Origin: Octopus sinensis | Lineage: Eukaryota | Assembly (NCBI RefSeq): GCF_006345805.1 | Contig: NC_042997.1 | Location: forward strand, 157,232,001-157,296,000 | Length of the DNA stretch: 64,000 nucleotides | Reading direction: 5' to 3' | Part shown: positions 1 to 12,188 of the stretch, piece by piece | Position numbering within the stretch: the stretch's first letter is position 1 | Layout: the number at the start of each line of letters is the position of its first letter | Made by a program: the position numbers and the translations under genes | Notes under the pieces: generated by a model | What the model was told of the DNA's origin: nothing | Seen by the model: the letters and a program-made list of their open reading frames with translations, nothing else | Databases searched by the model: none

Positions 1-14
1 TCACTGTTGCTATA

Positions 15-430
15 TTAGTTGTTTAGCCTCAGACAGACCTCAACCAGCAGTCCTGTAATCCATTGTTCCTCAACCATTTTTTACCATTTTTTTGATTCCT
101 ATTTTACTCAGATGGACCTTTCTAGCCATTCGATGTTTAAAACAAATCATGTGTTTTTATTATTAAATATTATTACGAATTGTATAAAAAAAATGTTAAT
201 ATATTTTGCGAATTGTAAAAGTATAAGAAATCTATTGAACGTAAATGTTAACAACAAAATCTTTTATGGGCCCCACAAGACCACATATGCTGTGATCGAA
301 GGTGTTCAAGCTGTGTCCATCCTGTTTTTTATTTATTTTTTTCATCAGGTTGTTTGCCTTTTGGACTATATTATTCAATGCAATTTCCATTTCAAGAAAG
401 TAGACTGCAATTTGAGGGAGATTTAGCTGC
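15..430 (+). mobile_element. Degenerate, interrupted copy of dispersed repeat family D (unclassified SINE/MITE-like)
   Basis: Shares motifs gtttagcc-cag...gatcgaagg-gttc-agc and ttgagggagatttagctgct with copies at 1110, 6285, 14524, 23400 and 34475; boundaries approximate. Confidence 0.4.
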
Positions 431-533
431 TGTTTTGTTGTTTCGACTGCCTACGAAGAGCACCACTCTCCGCTGGTGCCATGTTAATATTAAAGTGTTA
501 ATATATAAAACGTACTGGAAATTCGCATCTGTT

Positions 534-891
534 GACTTGTTTTAGTCATTGGACTGCGGCCATATTAGAAAACCGCTTTGAAGGGTTTAGTCGAACAAAT
601 ACACTCAGTATTATTTCGTATTTCTTTTTTAAAGTCTGGTCGAGCCGCTACGTTACAGGAACATAAAAAAAACAGCACCAGTTGTCAACCGTTCGGGTGG
701 AGACACACATACACACACATATATACGCACTTATATATACGACGGACTTCTACAGTTTCCGTCAAACAAATTCATTCACAAAACATTGGTTGGCCCGGCG
801 TTATAGAAAACAATTTCCTCAAGTGCTGAACAATGGGACGGAACCACTTGGTTGCACTTGGTTGCAAAACAATCCTCTTCACCACGCAGCC
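534..891 (-). mobile_element. tRNA-derived SINE family A, diverged copy
   Basis: Reverse complement matches the family A layout seen at 16617 and 29545 (head, central (TA)/(GT) tract, tail ...gactaaa...ggccgcagtc...gact-aaacaagt). Confidence 0.7.
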
Positions 892-979
892 ATGGTATAT
901 AATGAAGTAATGTATTTGTTAACTTTTTAGTAAAAACAGATAGGTACCCTGAAGACACTGTTTGACTTTATCGCTTGTC

Positions 980-1097
<118 letters not shown>

Positions 1098-1109
1098 TAA
1101 GAACGGTAA

Positions 1110-1335
1110 TAGTTTCAAAGTTATTCAATTCTGACTCAGCCCAGGATCAAGTGGACCTACGACTAGTGACTTTGCAGCTATTACCTCACTGCCGACATTA
1201 CTTGAGTATGGTGCACCTACGCTGACATTACTGTATGTCTTTTCCCTTGAAGATGGTAGTGGTGCATGAGTTAAGGGACATTTAGCTGCTATTTCTCGTC
1301 GGACGATTGACCACGCAGAGACACTCTCTCATTGA
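1110..1335 (+). mobile_element. Dispersed repeat family D copy
   Basis: Ends in gggacatttagctgctatttctcgtcggacgattgaccacgcagag, homologous to the other D copies. Confidence 0.5.
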
Positions 1336-1885
1336 ATTGAGTACCAAAGTTCTTTCGCGATTGTCTACAGAAAACCTTTTCACTTCGATGCAGATACAAA
1401 ATCAACACACCTCACCAAGACTATAGCAGTTACAATGAGTTTTCTGTGTCACGATGATATAAAGTAGCAATTCTATGAAACTTATGGTACGAGACAAGAA
1501 AAAAAATACAAAACCGTCCTGTGGTCTGTCAATTGGTGTATACGAACAATTGGTTGTAAACAGACAGTTTCTGTGAGTCTGTGTGTGTGTGTGTGTGTGT
1601 GTGTTTAAATATAACATATGCACATACACACATACACACATGCGATGCACACGCACTTTTACAATAAAGTGCACATGAATGGGTCCATTTATGCACTCAT
1701 TTGTCTACATAATATGTATACAAGTGCATGCAAGCAGAAATAAACGTGACGTGTGTGTGTGTGTGTCTGTGTGTGTATGCGCGCGAGTATGGGTATATAT
1801 AAATATAAATTTACGTATATAAGTACATTCATATACATACATATATAAGTACATACATATACATACATAAGTACATGCATATAAG

Positions 1886-1921
<36 letters not shown>

Positions 1922-2602
1922 TACATACACACACACATATATTTAGGCATTTGTATTTAATAGTGTAATCGTTGTTCACGCACTTCCATAATAGCCCAGA
2001 CGCACGCGCATGCTCACACACGTACACACACACACACACACACACACGCACGCATACACGCACATCCACGCTGAAGTTAACCGACTTTAAAATAAATATA
2101 ACATTAGGACTGAACGGTTAAATACACATTAAGTCTCTTAGGAAAACACAAGCACTGCAACACTCGCTCCTCACACACACAAATGTGCTTTAAACGTATA
2201 CACACACACACATACGCCATAACACACGACCACACACGCACGCAAACACACACAATCACTATCACACGCGGCCATCTACGCACACATTCACACACGAATA
2301 TATATATATATATAAATACACACATACGCATAGAAGAAGCAAGCGCGTGCGTACACTCTCAGTGGCACACAGTTGTCGAAAGACAGAAACGCATCAGCTT
2401 ACACAATTAAATAAACATACGTTTAGCACAGATAGAGGAACATTTTCAATGGAATTTCACAGATGTTTTTCACAATAGACTGCCAAGAAAATGGCGACAA
2501 CATATGTCTTATAATTAATTGTATGTATATTGCTGGTGAAGCTTTTGCTTTTAAGTACAGACTCGGACACAGCCCTGCTGGAAATGTGTGTGTGTGTGTG
2601 TG

Positions 2603-2645
<43 letters not shown>

Positions 2646-2655
2646 TGTGTGTGTT

Positions 2656-2695
<40 letters not shown>

Positions 2696-3250
2696 TATAT
2701 GTGTGTGTGTGTATTTATGTATTTATATACACACGTATATGTGTTATATTTGCGTACGTTTGGGTTATTTGTAGGTATAAATATAATCTGTAAGAATTAT
2801 ATGGGTTTGTGAGTACAAGTACTAAGTATGAATGAAAGCATGCGTTCATATGCGCACGCGCATGCGTGTGTGATGGATTTGTTGTTATATTTACTGCTCA
2901 CTATTCCAAGCTTTCTCTCTCAGTTTTCAGTACGGATGTATTTAGTTTTTCACGAACAAATAAATACATACGCCATTTTTTAATATTAATTTTGAGTGTT
3001 TTCTTACACATAAGCAATATCGGGTCGGTTACTTCTGAAAGAAAAAGAGGTTTGATATATAAGGTTTTCATTGTCATCTTTATACATATATAGGCGTAGG
3101 AAAGGCTGTGCGGTAAGAAGTTTGCTTCCCAACCACATAGTTCTGGATTCAGTCCCACTGCGTGGCACTCTGGGCAGGTGTCTTCTGCTATAGTCTCGGG
3201 CCGACCAAAACCTTGTGAGTGGATTTGAAAGAGGCCCCTCATATATATAT

Positions 3251-3316
3251 ATTGAGAAAAATGGTAAGACAACAAAAGAAAGAAAGAGACCTCGATATTA
3301 TGTAAATAGAGGAATT

Positions 3317-3320
<4 letters not shown>
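3251..3320. repeat. Short repeat end, present again in inverted orientation at ~40438-40510
   Basis: attgagaaaaatggtaagacaacaaaaga...ctcgatattatgtaaatagaggaatttat is the near reverse complement of 40438-40510; both abut (TA)n. Confidence 0.7.
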
Positions 3321-3355
<35 letters not shown>

Positions 3356-3429
3356 CGGGAAGCTTTATGAAAATAAACAAAAGACGAAGGCAGGTGGAGT
3401 TGGCGCTCAGGAATATAAATAAAACAAGT

Positions 3430-3465
3430 CTTTTACGTTTCGAGCCTACGCTCTTCAACAGATAG
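3430..3465 (-). ncRNA. Hammerhead-like motif, non-canonical CUGUUGA core (family H1)
   Basis: Minus strand reads cuau-CUGUUGA-A-GAGC-guag-GCUC-GAAAC-GUA-aaag: 4-bp stem II, palindromic ACGU stem III, GUA triplet, stem I 3 of 4 paired. Confidence 0.45.
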
Positions 3466-4320
3466 ATAGATATATATTTGTGTGTGCGCGTTTGTCAACC
3501 GATGTCGGTGCGTTTACTTTCCCGTAACTTAGCGCTTCGGCAAAAGAGACCGATAGAATAAGTTCTAGGCTTATACAGAATAAATCTTGGGGTCGATTTG
3601 TTCGACTAAACCTAGTGCTTCAGCATGGCCTCAGTAAAAGAATAAAAGAATATGTAAAGTGCGTGCGTGTGTGTGTGTGTGTGTGTGTGGTGTGTGTGTG
3701 GTGTGTGTGTGTGTGTGTGTATGTGTGTGTGTGTGTAATTACATATTTAATGCTTCAGCAAAGAAACTTTCGCTAATACTAGTGAATTGGTGAATGCAGG
3801 TCTCTTACTAAAATAATGTTAGATCTGTAAAATATAACTATTTTGACTACATTTAACTTTAACTCCTATTAAAGTCATCTTCGTAAAGCCTTGAGCTTTA
3901 ATTCAAGAATTCTTTCTCTCTCTCTCTCTCTTTCTCTCCAACATACACACGCGCGCACACATTTATTCAGTAAGCGACGAAAACAGTTTCCAAAGCTAAC
4001 AATTAATGAAACTGAGCAATCAAAAATACAAGTGAAATTGTATCGGGAAGATGGATGCTAAAGGTTCCAAAAGTGGCTCAAAAACATCGTTAAAGAGAAT
4101 GATTTCTTGCAGTATCAAAACGAGTCTATTATAGTATTTGTGCCGCACAACCGAACGAATGGTATTACCAACTGTGTCTGCTTCACTTCTGGAGCTGAAT
4201 ACGCTTTAATTAGCAAAAAGGATATAAAATTCAGATTTCATATTCGGAATAATTGTTTAAATTTACCATCCAAAGAACCTACAGACACAAATGAAGACAA
4301 TTCAAATATCATGGACGAGT

Positions 4321-5170
4321 AAGATGATAATTTATTTTCGAACGCAGAGATGCCGTTAGAACAGTAGAGATTTTGGGTAAATTACCCTTACAAAGCGGAA
4401 GAATTTGTCAACAAACGGCTATAGGACTCGAACTCACATCTCTTGAAAAGTCCGGCCAAATGCTTTATCATTAAGCTAAACAGCCCGTCGCCAGATTAAT
4501 CCGCTTTTTAGACGCTATAAAGCTAAATGTACAACCACGTGTATATAAATACAGTAATCCCTTGCCATATCACGGTTCACATATCACGGTTTATCATTTA
4601 AGCTTACGTCGATTCCTCCGTGGTGTTGTTTTGCATTTATAATAAAATAAATATATACAAATTATAAGAATAAAAAAAAAAATAATAAAGTACATTACTG
4701 TTTCTATTTCGCGGATTTTCACCTATCGCGTGGGGTTTTGTGACGTAACACCTGTGATAGTCGAAAGATTACTGTACAAACAAACTAACATTTGCTTTTT
4801 ATAAGTGCTGAAATGTGTATTGTAAGATATAAATAAGATAATTTATTTTCGAACGTTTATAAAAAACAAATGTTAGTTTGTTTATATTTATATACACGTG
4901 GTTGTTCATTTAGCTTTATAGCGACTAAAATGCAGATAAATTTGTCGGCGAGCAGTTTAGCTTAATGGTAAAACACTTGGCTGGAGATGTGGGTTCAATT
5001 CCAATGGCTGTTTGTTGACAAATTGTCCGCTTTGTAAGCGTAATTTATCCAATACTTCTGCTGATCTAACGGCATCTCTGCGTTCGAAAATAAATGATCT
5101 TGTTTGTATCTTACAAAACACATTTCGGCGCTTATAAAAAAACTAATGTTTGTTTGTATTTATATACATG
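4321..5170. repeat. Inverted pair of ~275-300-bp units carrying a tRNA-like Pol III head, each arm slightly longer than one unit
   Basis: 4321-4551 plus 4777-4856 is the reverse complement of ~4857-5135; right arm has tagcttaatggtaaaac (A-box-like, ~4958) and ggttcaattcc (B-box-like, ~4992). Confidence 0.75.
4552..4774. mobile_element. Tc1/mariner-superfamily (pogo/Tigger-like) MITE
   Basis: TIRs cagtaatccct-gccatatcacgg / cctgtgatagtcgaaagattactg, flanked by TA on both sides; interrupts the left arm of the 4321-5170 repeat. Confidence 0.85.
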
Positions 5171-5689
5171 GGCTAGTGTTTCCTTGATGCGTTTCAAATT
5201 TCATTTGCTCTGAAAATGAAGAACCACGGTTTGCTCAAGTATATATTTTTGATACATTATGTCAACTGGATCGGAGAAACCAAATACTTAATACGTCGAC
5301 GAGATACCACAAGACTAGCTTGAATACAACATTACGAGACAACATGCTTGCAGTTATGTTTCAAGATGGCAGCAAAAAACACTTTGATGTCGATACTCAT
5401 TAGTTTTCAATGGTTATTTCAGAAAAGCATGTTCCTAGATTTGGTATTCGAAGATACAGTAGGCTTACTGCAAGAGAAGTTGCAGAAATTATGCCAGATA
5501 CTAACTTGAGAACCCTACTGTCTGTGTCACAACACCTGGAGAAGATAACTTTCAAGTGGACTTCTGTACGAAATGCTAAAAATACCATCCGATTCTCTCT
5601 CAAATCATATTTCTCGTCTTAAATAAGGATAAACACATTGGATAAAGTAAGTGATTCTCTTTCGATTTTGATAATGAATATTTGGTTTC

Positions 5690-5990
5690 TTCGATCAGCT
5701 GAACTATCTGCTCATTAAGTTAGCGTGTATCTGGTTGAGTATTTCACAGACATGTGCATCCTTAAAGTAATTCTCAAATAAGGCTCAGGATGAGACTGTG
5801 TGATAAAGAAGGCCCTTTTGATTGACAGGTGCAATTCAATTGACAGGCCTGCATGCAATTTCTCTGCTCAATTTCACTCACATGTTTGAGCCACATGAAG
5901 CTTTGGTAAAAAAATATCACATTGGGAGTGGATTTCGCGATCTCGAAACTGCGAACCGAATTCCTTAACTGTTCTGCCAGTCCTAAATAT
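5690..5990 (-). mobile_element. Diverged SINE family C (long variant) fragment
   Basis: Aligns by eye to the 3' extension of the copy at 55860-56312 (gatc--ctgaac...acagacatgtg-atccttaa-gta-ttctc). Confidence 0.45.
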
Positions 5991-6284
5991 ACTATCCGAA
6001 AATATGATAGACTGTCATATACGTCTTAATAACAACAACGACATAAGATCCTGCAACAGTGTATTTATACGAGGCAATGAAAAACCTCGATATAATATCT
6101 CGATGAGTTAAATAAAGAATCCAAATTTCCCTCAAAACATGCTCGTTTGATTTTTAACGAAAATAGGTCTGAATGAATGATATAATCCCAGGAGATCGCA
6201 TAGGTCGGCTTGATAAGAGCCTGACCTAGAGTTAACATCAACAGCAGTAGCTACGTAATTATACACATAATAGTAGTTAATGTT

Positions 6285-6480
6285 TTTAACACTAGGTCGG
6301 TCCTGGTCGAGCCAATCAATGATCAAAAGGTATTCCAGCATTTTCGATGTATTTTGAAGGTATGTAGAATTACATTATTCAATGTATCCCTTTTTTTTTA
6401 TTGATGGCAAGGTATAATTTGAACATGATTTGGCGGCTATTTCTATCAGGTAGCATGACTATGTAGAGACTCCCTATACT
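6285..6480 (+). mobile_element. Dispersed repeat family D copy
   Basis: aggtcggtcctggtcgagc...atgatcaaaaggtattccagc...gatttggcggctatttctatcagg...gtagagactccc. Confidence 0.55.
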
Positions 6481-6886
6481 TGAATATCGACAACTTTTGA
6501 GTTGTGCATTGCAATATTTCAAGAAGTGCCAGCCTATTTAAAACGTAACTCATTCGAGTAATATATATTTAAAATAAGCTAGTCTGTGGAGTAATAGGCA
6601 GAGAGTAGCGCACTTGTGATTTGCTATACTAGCTTTCAGGAGATCTTATATCATTACTCCATGCACATCTTATGGCGGATTATCAGCAGGTAATAGGAAC
6701 CAGTCCCATACTAGGATGGTTATTTTTATCGGCTCCATAATGATGGAAGGCAAAACGAATCGGTGAACGATTCGAACGGAGAACACAGGATTCCATAAAT
6801 AAATAAGTGCTATCCTTTTTAAGCGAAACCCTAACAAATCAACCGCTTAGAGATCGATGCAGTTAGTGTTGAATATGAAAATCTGT

Positions 6887-7013
6887 GTCGACTTTGCCTT
6901 TCATCCTTTAGGGGGCCGATAAATTAAGTACCAGTTGCGTACTGGGGTCGATCTAATCGACTGGCCCCCTCCCCCCAAAATTTCGGGCTTTGTGCCTCGA
7001 GTAGAAAAGAATA
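6887..7013 (+). mobile_element. SINE family B, 5'-truncated (older tail type)
   Basis: gtcgactttgcctttcatccttt-gggg-cgataaattaagtaccagttgcgtactggggtcgat; tail ccaaaatttcgggctttgtgcct-gagtagaaaaga. Confidence 0.85.
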
Positions 7014-7100
7014 TGAATATCTGTATATTAAAATCTGTAGCTCTGCATGTTTTCATATTCTCTGTAATGCCGTATTGAATATTTGCACTGATGTAAAACA

Positions 7101-7305
7101 AATATTGATTTCAAATTTTGTTACAAGGCCACCAAGTTCAAGGGCGGGGATAGGTCAATTACATCAACTTTTTTTATCGACCTCGAAAGGATGAAAGGCA
7201 AAGTCAACCTCGGCGGCATTTGAACCCAGAACGTAAAGACGGATGAAATGCTGTCTTAGCATTTTTCCCGGTGTGCCTAACGATTCTGCTAAGCTCTCTG
7301 CCTTA
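7101..7305 (-). mobile_element. SINE family B, diverged copy, inverted relative to 6887-7013
   Basis: Reverse complement has head gcagagagcttagcagaatcgttagg, B box gggttcaaatgcc, core ttgactttgcctttcatcctttcg. Confidence 0.85.
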
Positions 7306-7876
7306 CAGATGTGAATAATATTGCGATCTTATTCATCAAAAGTGAAGAGAGTGTGAAAAAAACATATCACCGTAGATATGATAGTGGTTAGATAAAGCTT
7401 GGATATGGATTCATTCGTTTATCAATGATTTGTATGGTACACACGTGCACACACACACACACACCCACGTACAACATGAATTATTTCCGCATTTCATGGT
7501 AAGCATACATATATACATATACATACGTATATAATGTATTCGCCATGAGCTTAACCCTTTTGAAATATCTCCTATAAATCGCTTTTTGGTGACGCGGTGT
7601 CTCTGGAGATACCTTTTTTTCCCTTCTGTATCTTCTATGTAAATTATTATACTGTGTTGACAACTCGATAAGAATGACATACATTTAACTAGATACAAAT
7701 ATTGATAGTTTCACTGCAGCCAGAAGCAGTGCAATGGGAACCAGTGAAGGAGCTCTTGACAACGAAGAGAGGTTCTTGGCAAAAATAGTGCCTTGGTAAC
7801 CTGGTAGCTAGAGCAGCTCTCAGCTTCCTTGAAATGATATTCAAATATTCCGTATTGCACTCAATATCTTTTATCT

Positions 7877-8745
7877 TTTCTTTGTTTCATTCATTTGACT
7901 GCGGCCATTCTGGGGTACCACCGTGAAAGGTTTTAGTCAAATATATCGACCCCTGGACTTAGCTTCTTTAAACCTAGCACTTATTTTTTTCGGTCTCTTT
8001 TGCCAAACTGCTTAGTTACGGGAGATGTAAACACACAAACACCGGTTATCAAGCTGTTGTAAGACACACACACAAACACAATTAATATGAATAGCAGTTT
8101 GCAATGTTTCACTAAAAAAGGAGAATTACAAATGTCACTAAATGCGACTAGAGTGTTAAACAGAGTGTTATTGCTAGAAATAAAAGCTAAAGGCTCTAAT
8201 GCTGTAATTAACACACATGAATGAAAACATATGCACAAACAAGGACCATAATCGTCCGAAAAGTGCTGTTCGTGAATGCTTAATATTGCCGGGCTCGCTT
8301 CGCCACTAGTATTTATGTTTTCGCTATCCAAATAATTGGATGATTTAGCGAATCGCTAATGTGTATATGTAAAATTAATATAAACAACACTTTGTAAAGT
8401 TTCAGGAAAAAGGAGAATTACAAATGTTACTAAATGCGACTCGGATATTAGTCAAAATCTACATTGCTATAAAGAAGAGTTAAATCGCTCTAATCCTGTA
8501 CTGAACGCATATGAATGAAAACATACGACGGGTTTCTTTCAGTTTACATCTACCAAATCCCCTCACACGACTTTGGTCAGCTCGAGGCTATAGTAGAAGA
8601 CATTTGCCTAAGGTGTCACGCAGTGAGACTGAACCCGGAACCACGTGGTTGATAAGCAAGCTACTTACCACACAGCCACAGTGGGCTTAAATACGGAGCC
8701 ATGTGGTTGGGAAGCAAGCTTCTTACCACTCAGCTACGCCTGCAC
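7877..8745 (-). mobile_element. SINE family A copy split at its central tract, with a duplicated head
   Basis: 3' half 7877-8080, 5' half 8524-8680, second head 8680-8745. Confidence 0.8.
8081..8525. repeat. Direct repeat with ~293-bp period (about 1.5 units)
   Basis: aaaaggagaattacaaatgt-actaaatgcgact at ~8116 and ~8408; atgaatgaaaacata at ~8217 and ~8511. Confidence 0.75.
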
Positions 8746-9361
8746 CTATATATATATATGTTCGTGTGTGTGTGTGTGTGTGTGGTGTGTGTGTGTGTGT
8801 GGTTGCGCGTGCTTGTGCGTTTAACCACTAATTAATACACGCAACCACGTAATTTATCATAAGAACCAAATACACCGTTGCTTGAAGACGGTGAAAACGC
8901 TATTAAAGTCTCATACAACTGAGCACAACATGCATTTCGCCTGGCCTCGAGCTTATAGTTAGAATATATTAATAATAACAACAGAATGAGAAACCACCTC
9001 ATCAACACAAAACTACAAACTAGTAAACCACAGAACATACCTTATGCAACCAATGTGATAAACTAATTTCAATGTAAACATGAAGGTTCTAAAATTAACG
9101 ACTCACACTGTTACATCGAACACACAAGCGCGACACTTTCTTGTCGGTTGGTCAAACAGATGCAGCATGGAGCTACCGCAGCTCATTATAGTACAGTTTA
9201 TAATAATTATAGTACAGTTTATACTAATTATATTGGAAATATAATTAGTTAGAAGATCATTGAAAGTGCAAGAATTTTATTGAGAATTCCACAAAAATGA
9301 AAGAATATATAGGGGTTGGCTTTACTAAAAGTAAAATACAAAGTACAGACAGTTACATAGA

Positions 9362-9759
9362 TATACTTTTCTACTCTAGGCACAAGGCCTGACTTTTTTT
9401 GGAGAGGGGGCCAGTCGATTAGGTCGACCCCAGTACGAAACTAGTAGTTAATTTATCAACCCTGAAAGGATGAATGGCAAGATCGACCTCGGCGGTATTT
9501 GAACTCAGAACATAAAGACAGACGAAATACCTATTTCTTTATTACCCACAAGGGGCTAAACACAGAGGGGACAAACAAGGACAGACATAGGCATTAAGTC
9601 GGTTACATCGACCCCAATGCGTAACTGGTACTTAATTTATCGACCCCGAAAGGATGAAAGGCAAAGTCGACCTCGGCGGAATTTGAACTCACAACGTAAC
9701 GCAGACGAAATACCGCTAAAGATTTCGCCCGGCGTGCTAACCTTTCTGCTCACCGCCTT
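9362..9759 (-). mobile_element. Composite SINE family B: full young copy (9526-9759) joined to the 3' part of an older copy (9362-9531)
   Basis: Minus-strand junction ...aaagaaataGGTATTtcgtctg...; the two parts carry different tail types. Confidence 0.9.
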
Positions 9760-10249
9760 TTTACATAGATATAGCATGTATGAAATACACCAAGAAACCT
9801 ATCAGTACTTAATCATTACATTATTTTCACAAACCGGCGTGTATGATTTTATCAATTGCGGTAGTGTTCTCATAATCTTTTAGAACGCGTGAATAACAAA
9901 GTTATAATTACTATCACTCCGATGGTGAAACCAGGAATGTCCTGGACCGTTATTAAACAAATACATTTAGGAGCGCTATTTTGACAAAATAAATGTAGAG
10001 GACATACGAAATATCCCAAATGAAAAAAAGAAAAAATTACAGCCGAACACTGCTTGACTATAAGAAAAGCTATCCCCTTCTTGTACACAACCCAGATGCA
10101 CATCCTTGTGTCATTTTATACACTGTCTGTCTTCCTTACACATACATTATTTATATATGTTCAGTGTAAATAAAAGAATTTGAAATAAATGAAAACGAAA
10201 TTATACAAAAATAAGGATCTTATCCTAATACTTTTACTGTTTAATGCAT

Positions 10250-10950
10250 GACAACTTGGGCAATTGTCTTCTTCTATAGCCTGGAACTAACCGAAGCCTT
10301 GTAAGTGGATTTGGTAGACGAAAACCGAAAGAAGCCTGTCATCTCTCTCTAATAAACGGCAGTTTGTCTGTGTGTGTTTCTGTGTCTGTTTTCTCGTACC
10401 CTCACCCTGACACGGCTTTCAACCGATTCTGATGAAACTTGACACACACATAGCCAATGTCATAATTCAAAACTAACGCAGCGAAAATTTTGAAAAGTTC
10501 CCCCAGTCTGAAAAAAATCGATAAATTCGACATGGGGTCGAGAATCAGAAACCCAAACTACAGGGGACGCAACTCCACTTTTTTAACTCTCAAAAAAATT
10601 TACCATAATTTTTTTTCCATTTTTTTGCTATTTTTGGCTATAACTCTCTAAAAATGCTTTATAGTTATTTCCATTACAAACCTGAGCAACGCCGGGCGAC
10701 ACTGCTAGTGTATGATATATGTATGTATATTATGTGTAGGTCTTTCTGTCAGTGTATCTGCCTCTACTACCGCTTGAAAACCGATGTTGGTATGTTCGCA
10801 TCTCCGTAACATAGCGGTTCGGCAAAATAGGCCGAAAGAGTAAGTATCAGGCTTAAAAAATAAGTACTGAAGTCGATTCATTCGACTAAAAATTCAAGGC
10901 AGCACCATGGAATGGCTGCAGTCTAATGACTGAAACAAGTAAAAGATAAA
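10250..10950 (+). mobile_element. SINE family A copy interrupted by a Helitron-like element
   Basis: 5' part to ...gaaagaagcctgtca (10341); 3' part from 10709 to ...gactgaaacaagtaaaagataaa. Confidence 0.8.
10342..10708 (+). mobile_element. Non-autonomous Helitron
   Basis: Starts TC after A, ends with GC-rich gagcaacgccgggcgacactg then CTAG before T; A|T target, no TSD. Confidence 0.8.
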
Positions 10951-11454
10951 ATTATCAATACAGTACTTTGTTAACGCACCGTTTATAATAATAAAAACCT
11001 ATGGCATTTTGATTAGGAAACTGACAACGTATTGATTGGAGATTCATCTTTGCACTGGTACGGTTGTAGGCGTCGTTGTCAAAACACACACAGCCGGAAT
11101 AAATGTAAATGTACTTCTTCTAAATCTGGCATATATTCTATCTCTCTCTTTTTGTCGAACCGCTGTTACAGAGATGTAAACAAACACCTGTTGTCTAGCG
11201 GAGCGGTGACACAGACATACACACACATATATGTACATTTATACTCGTGTATGTGTGTATAACCGAGTAAGGTCACTTCCTAGATTCAATTAAGTCCCTG
11301 CTAACGTTCCGGGAGCCCCAAAAGTTCTCTGTGTGAATTTGTTTAGAGTAGACGAAGTGTTTCGCAGCACTGAATCCACTTTTCAGCGCAATCATCCATA
11401 AACCAAATCCTGCACTTCAGGCATTTATTTTTCGTACGTGTTTATCTTCTCCTA

Positions 11455-11715
11455 GGTGGAGGCGCGTGGCTTAGTGGTTAGGCTGTTGGACTGATGATCG
11501 TAAGATTGTGGTTTCGATTCCTGGACCGGGCTACGAGTTGTTGTTCTTGAGCAAAACATTCCATTTCACGTTGCTCCAGTCCACTCAGCTGGCAAAAATG
11601 AGTGATCCTGTGACGGACGGGCGTCCAGTCCGGGTGGGAGATGTATACGCCATGGTAACCAGGGAACCGGCCCTATGCGTCTATATGACGCGGGAAGGAA
11701 CTTTACTTTCTTTTT
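11455..11715 (+). mobile_element. tRNA-derived SINE family C
   Basis: A box tggcttagtggtta, B box gtttcgattcc, central ttcttgagcaaaaca...gctccagtccactcagctggcaaaaatgagt (CORE-like by recollection). Confidence 0.85.
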
Positions 11716-12100
11716 CTACCTTTTCCTAGAAGCAAGTTCTAACTAGAACTAGAAGTCATTGACTCCCATTAATTCACATGCTAGCTAACCCATTACTGGA
11801 ACCGTAACAGGTGCTAGTAGTCCGGTTTAGGATGACCTGGAAACAATTGTGGATCCTCAAAAACCTTAGAATTCCCGAACCAGAGCTCCACTACTGGATG
11901 CAGTTGAAAGTCATACCCGTCTACAAAGAAACTGACCGGCTTGGAAGTGACGTAGAGGACACCCAAGATACTGCGCGGTGGGACTGAACCCGAACTCACA
12001 CGGTTGTAAGCGAATTTATTAACCACACAGCTATGCCTGCGAATGATGTGTGTTTGTATGTGTGTGTAAGTATGTGTGTAATATATGTGCGCGAATGTAT

Positions 12101-12188
<88 letters not shown>

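Larger units (their letters stand above)
3092..3652 (+). mobile_element. SINE family A copy split at its central microsatellite by ~230 bp of inserted repeats
   Basis: 5' half 3092-3240 (ggcgtaggaaaggctgtgcggtaag...ggattcagtccc) and 3' half 3478-3652 (accgatgtcggtgcgtttac...aaagaataaaag). Confidence 0.85.

Noticed and set aside
4107-4322. 71-aa ORF with possible acceptor (ttgcag at 4112) and donor (GA|GTAAGA at 4319)
   Set aside because: No recognisable domain, weak polypyrimidine tract, and the donor overlaps the start of the inverted repeat; needs RNA-seq
4950-5010. tRNA-like sequence here and in the SINE A, B and C heads
   Set aside because: A/B boxes are present but no complete cloverleaf or acceptor stem; these are repeat heads, not tRNA genes
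5410-5622. 70-aa ORF MVISEKHVPRFG...
   Set aside because: No recognisable motif, no convincing splice signals, and similar-length ORFs occur on both strands
10429-10435. CTGATGA here, and at 11491, 32105 (minus) and 55564
   Set aside because: No stem II / GAAA / stem III follows; these are parts of a Helitron, a SINE head, a MITE and unique DNA
11345-11425. Minus-strand CUGAAGU-GCAG...CUGC-GAAAC...GUC hammerhead look-alike
   Set aside because: A9 is missing and there is no stem I pairing between the flanks
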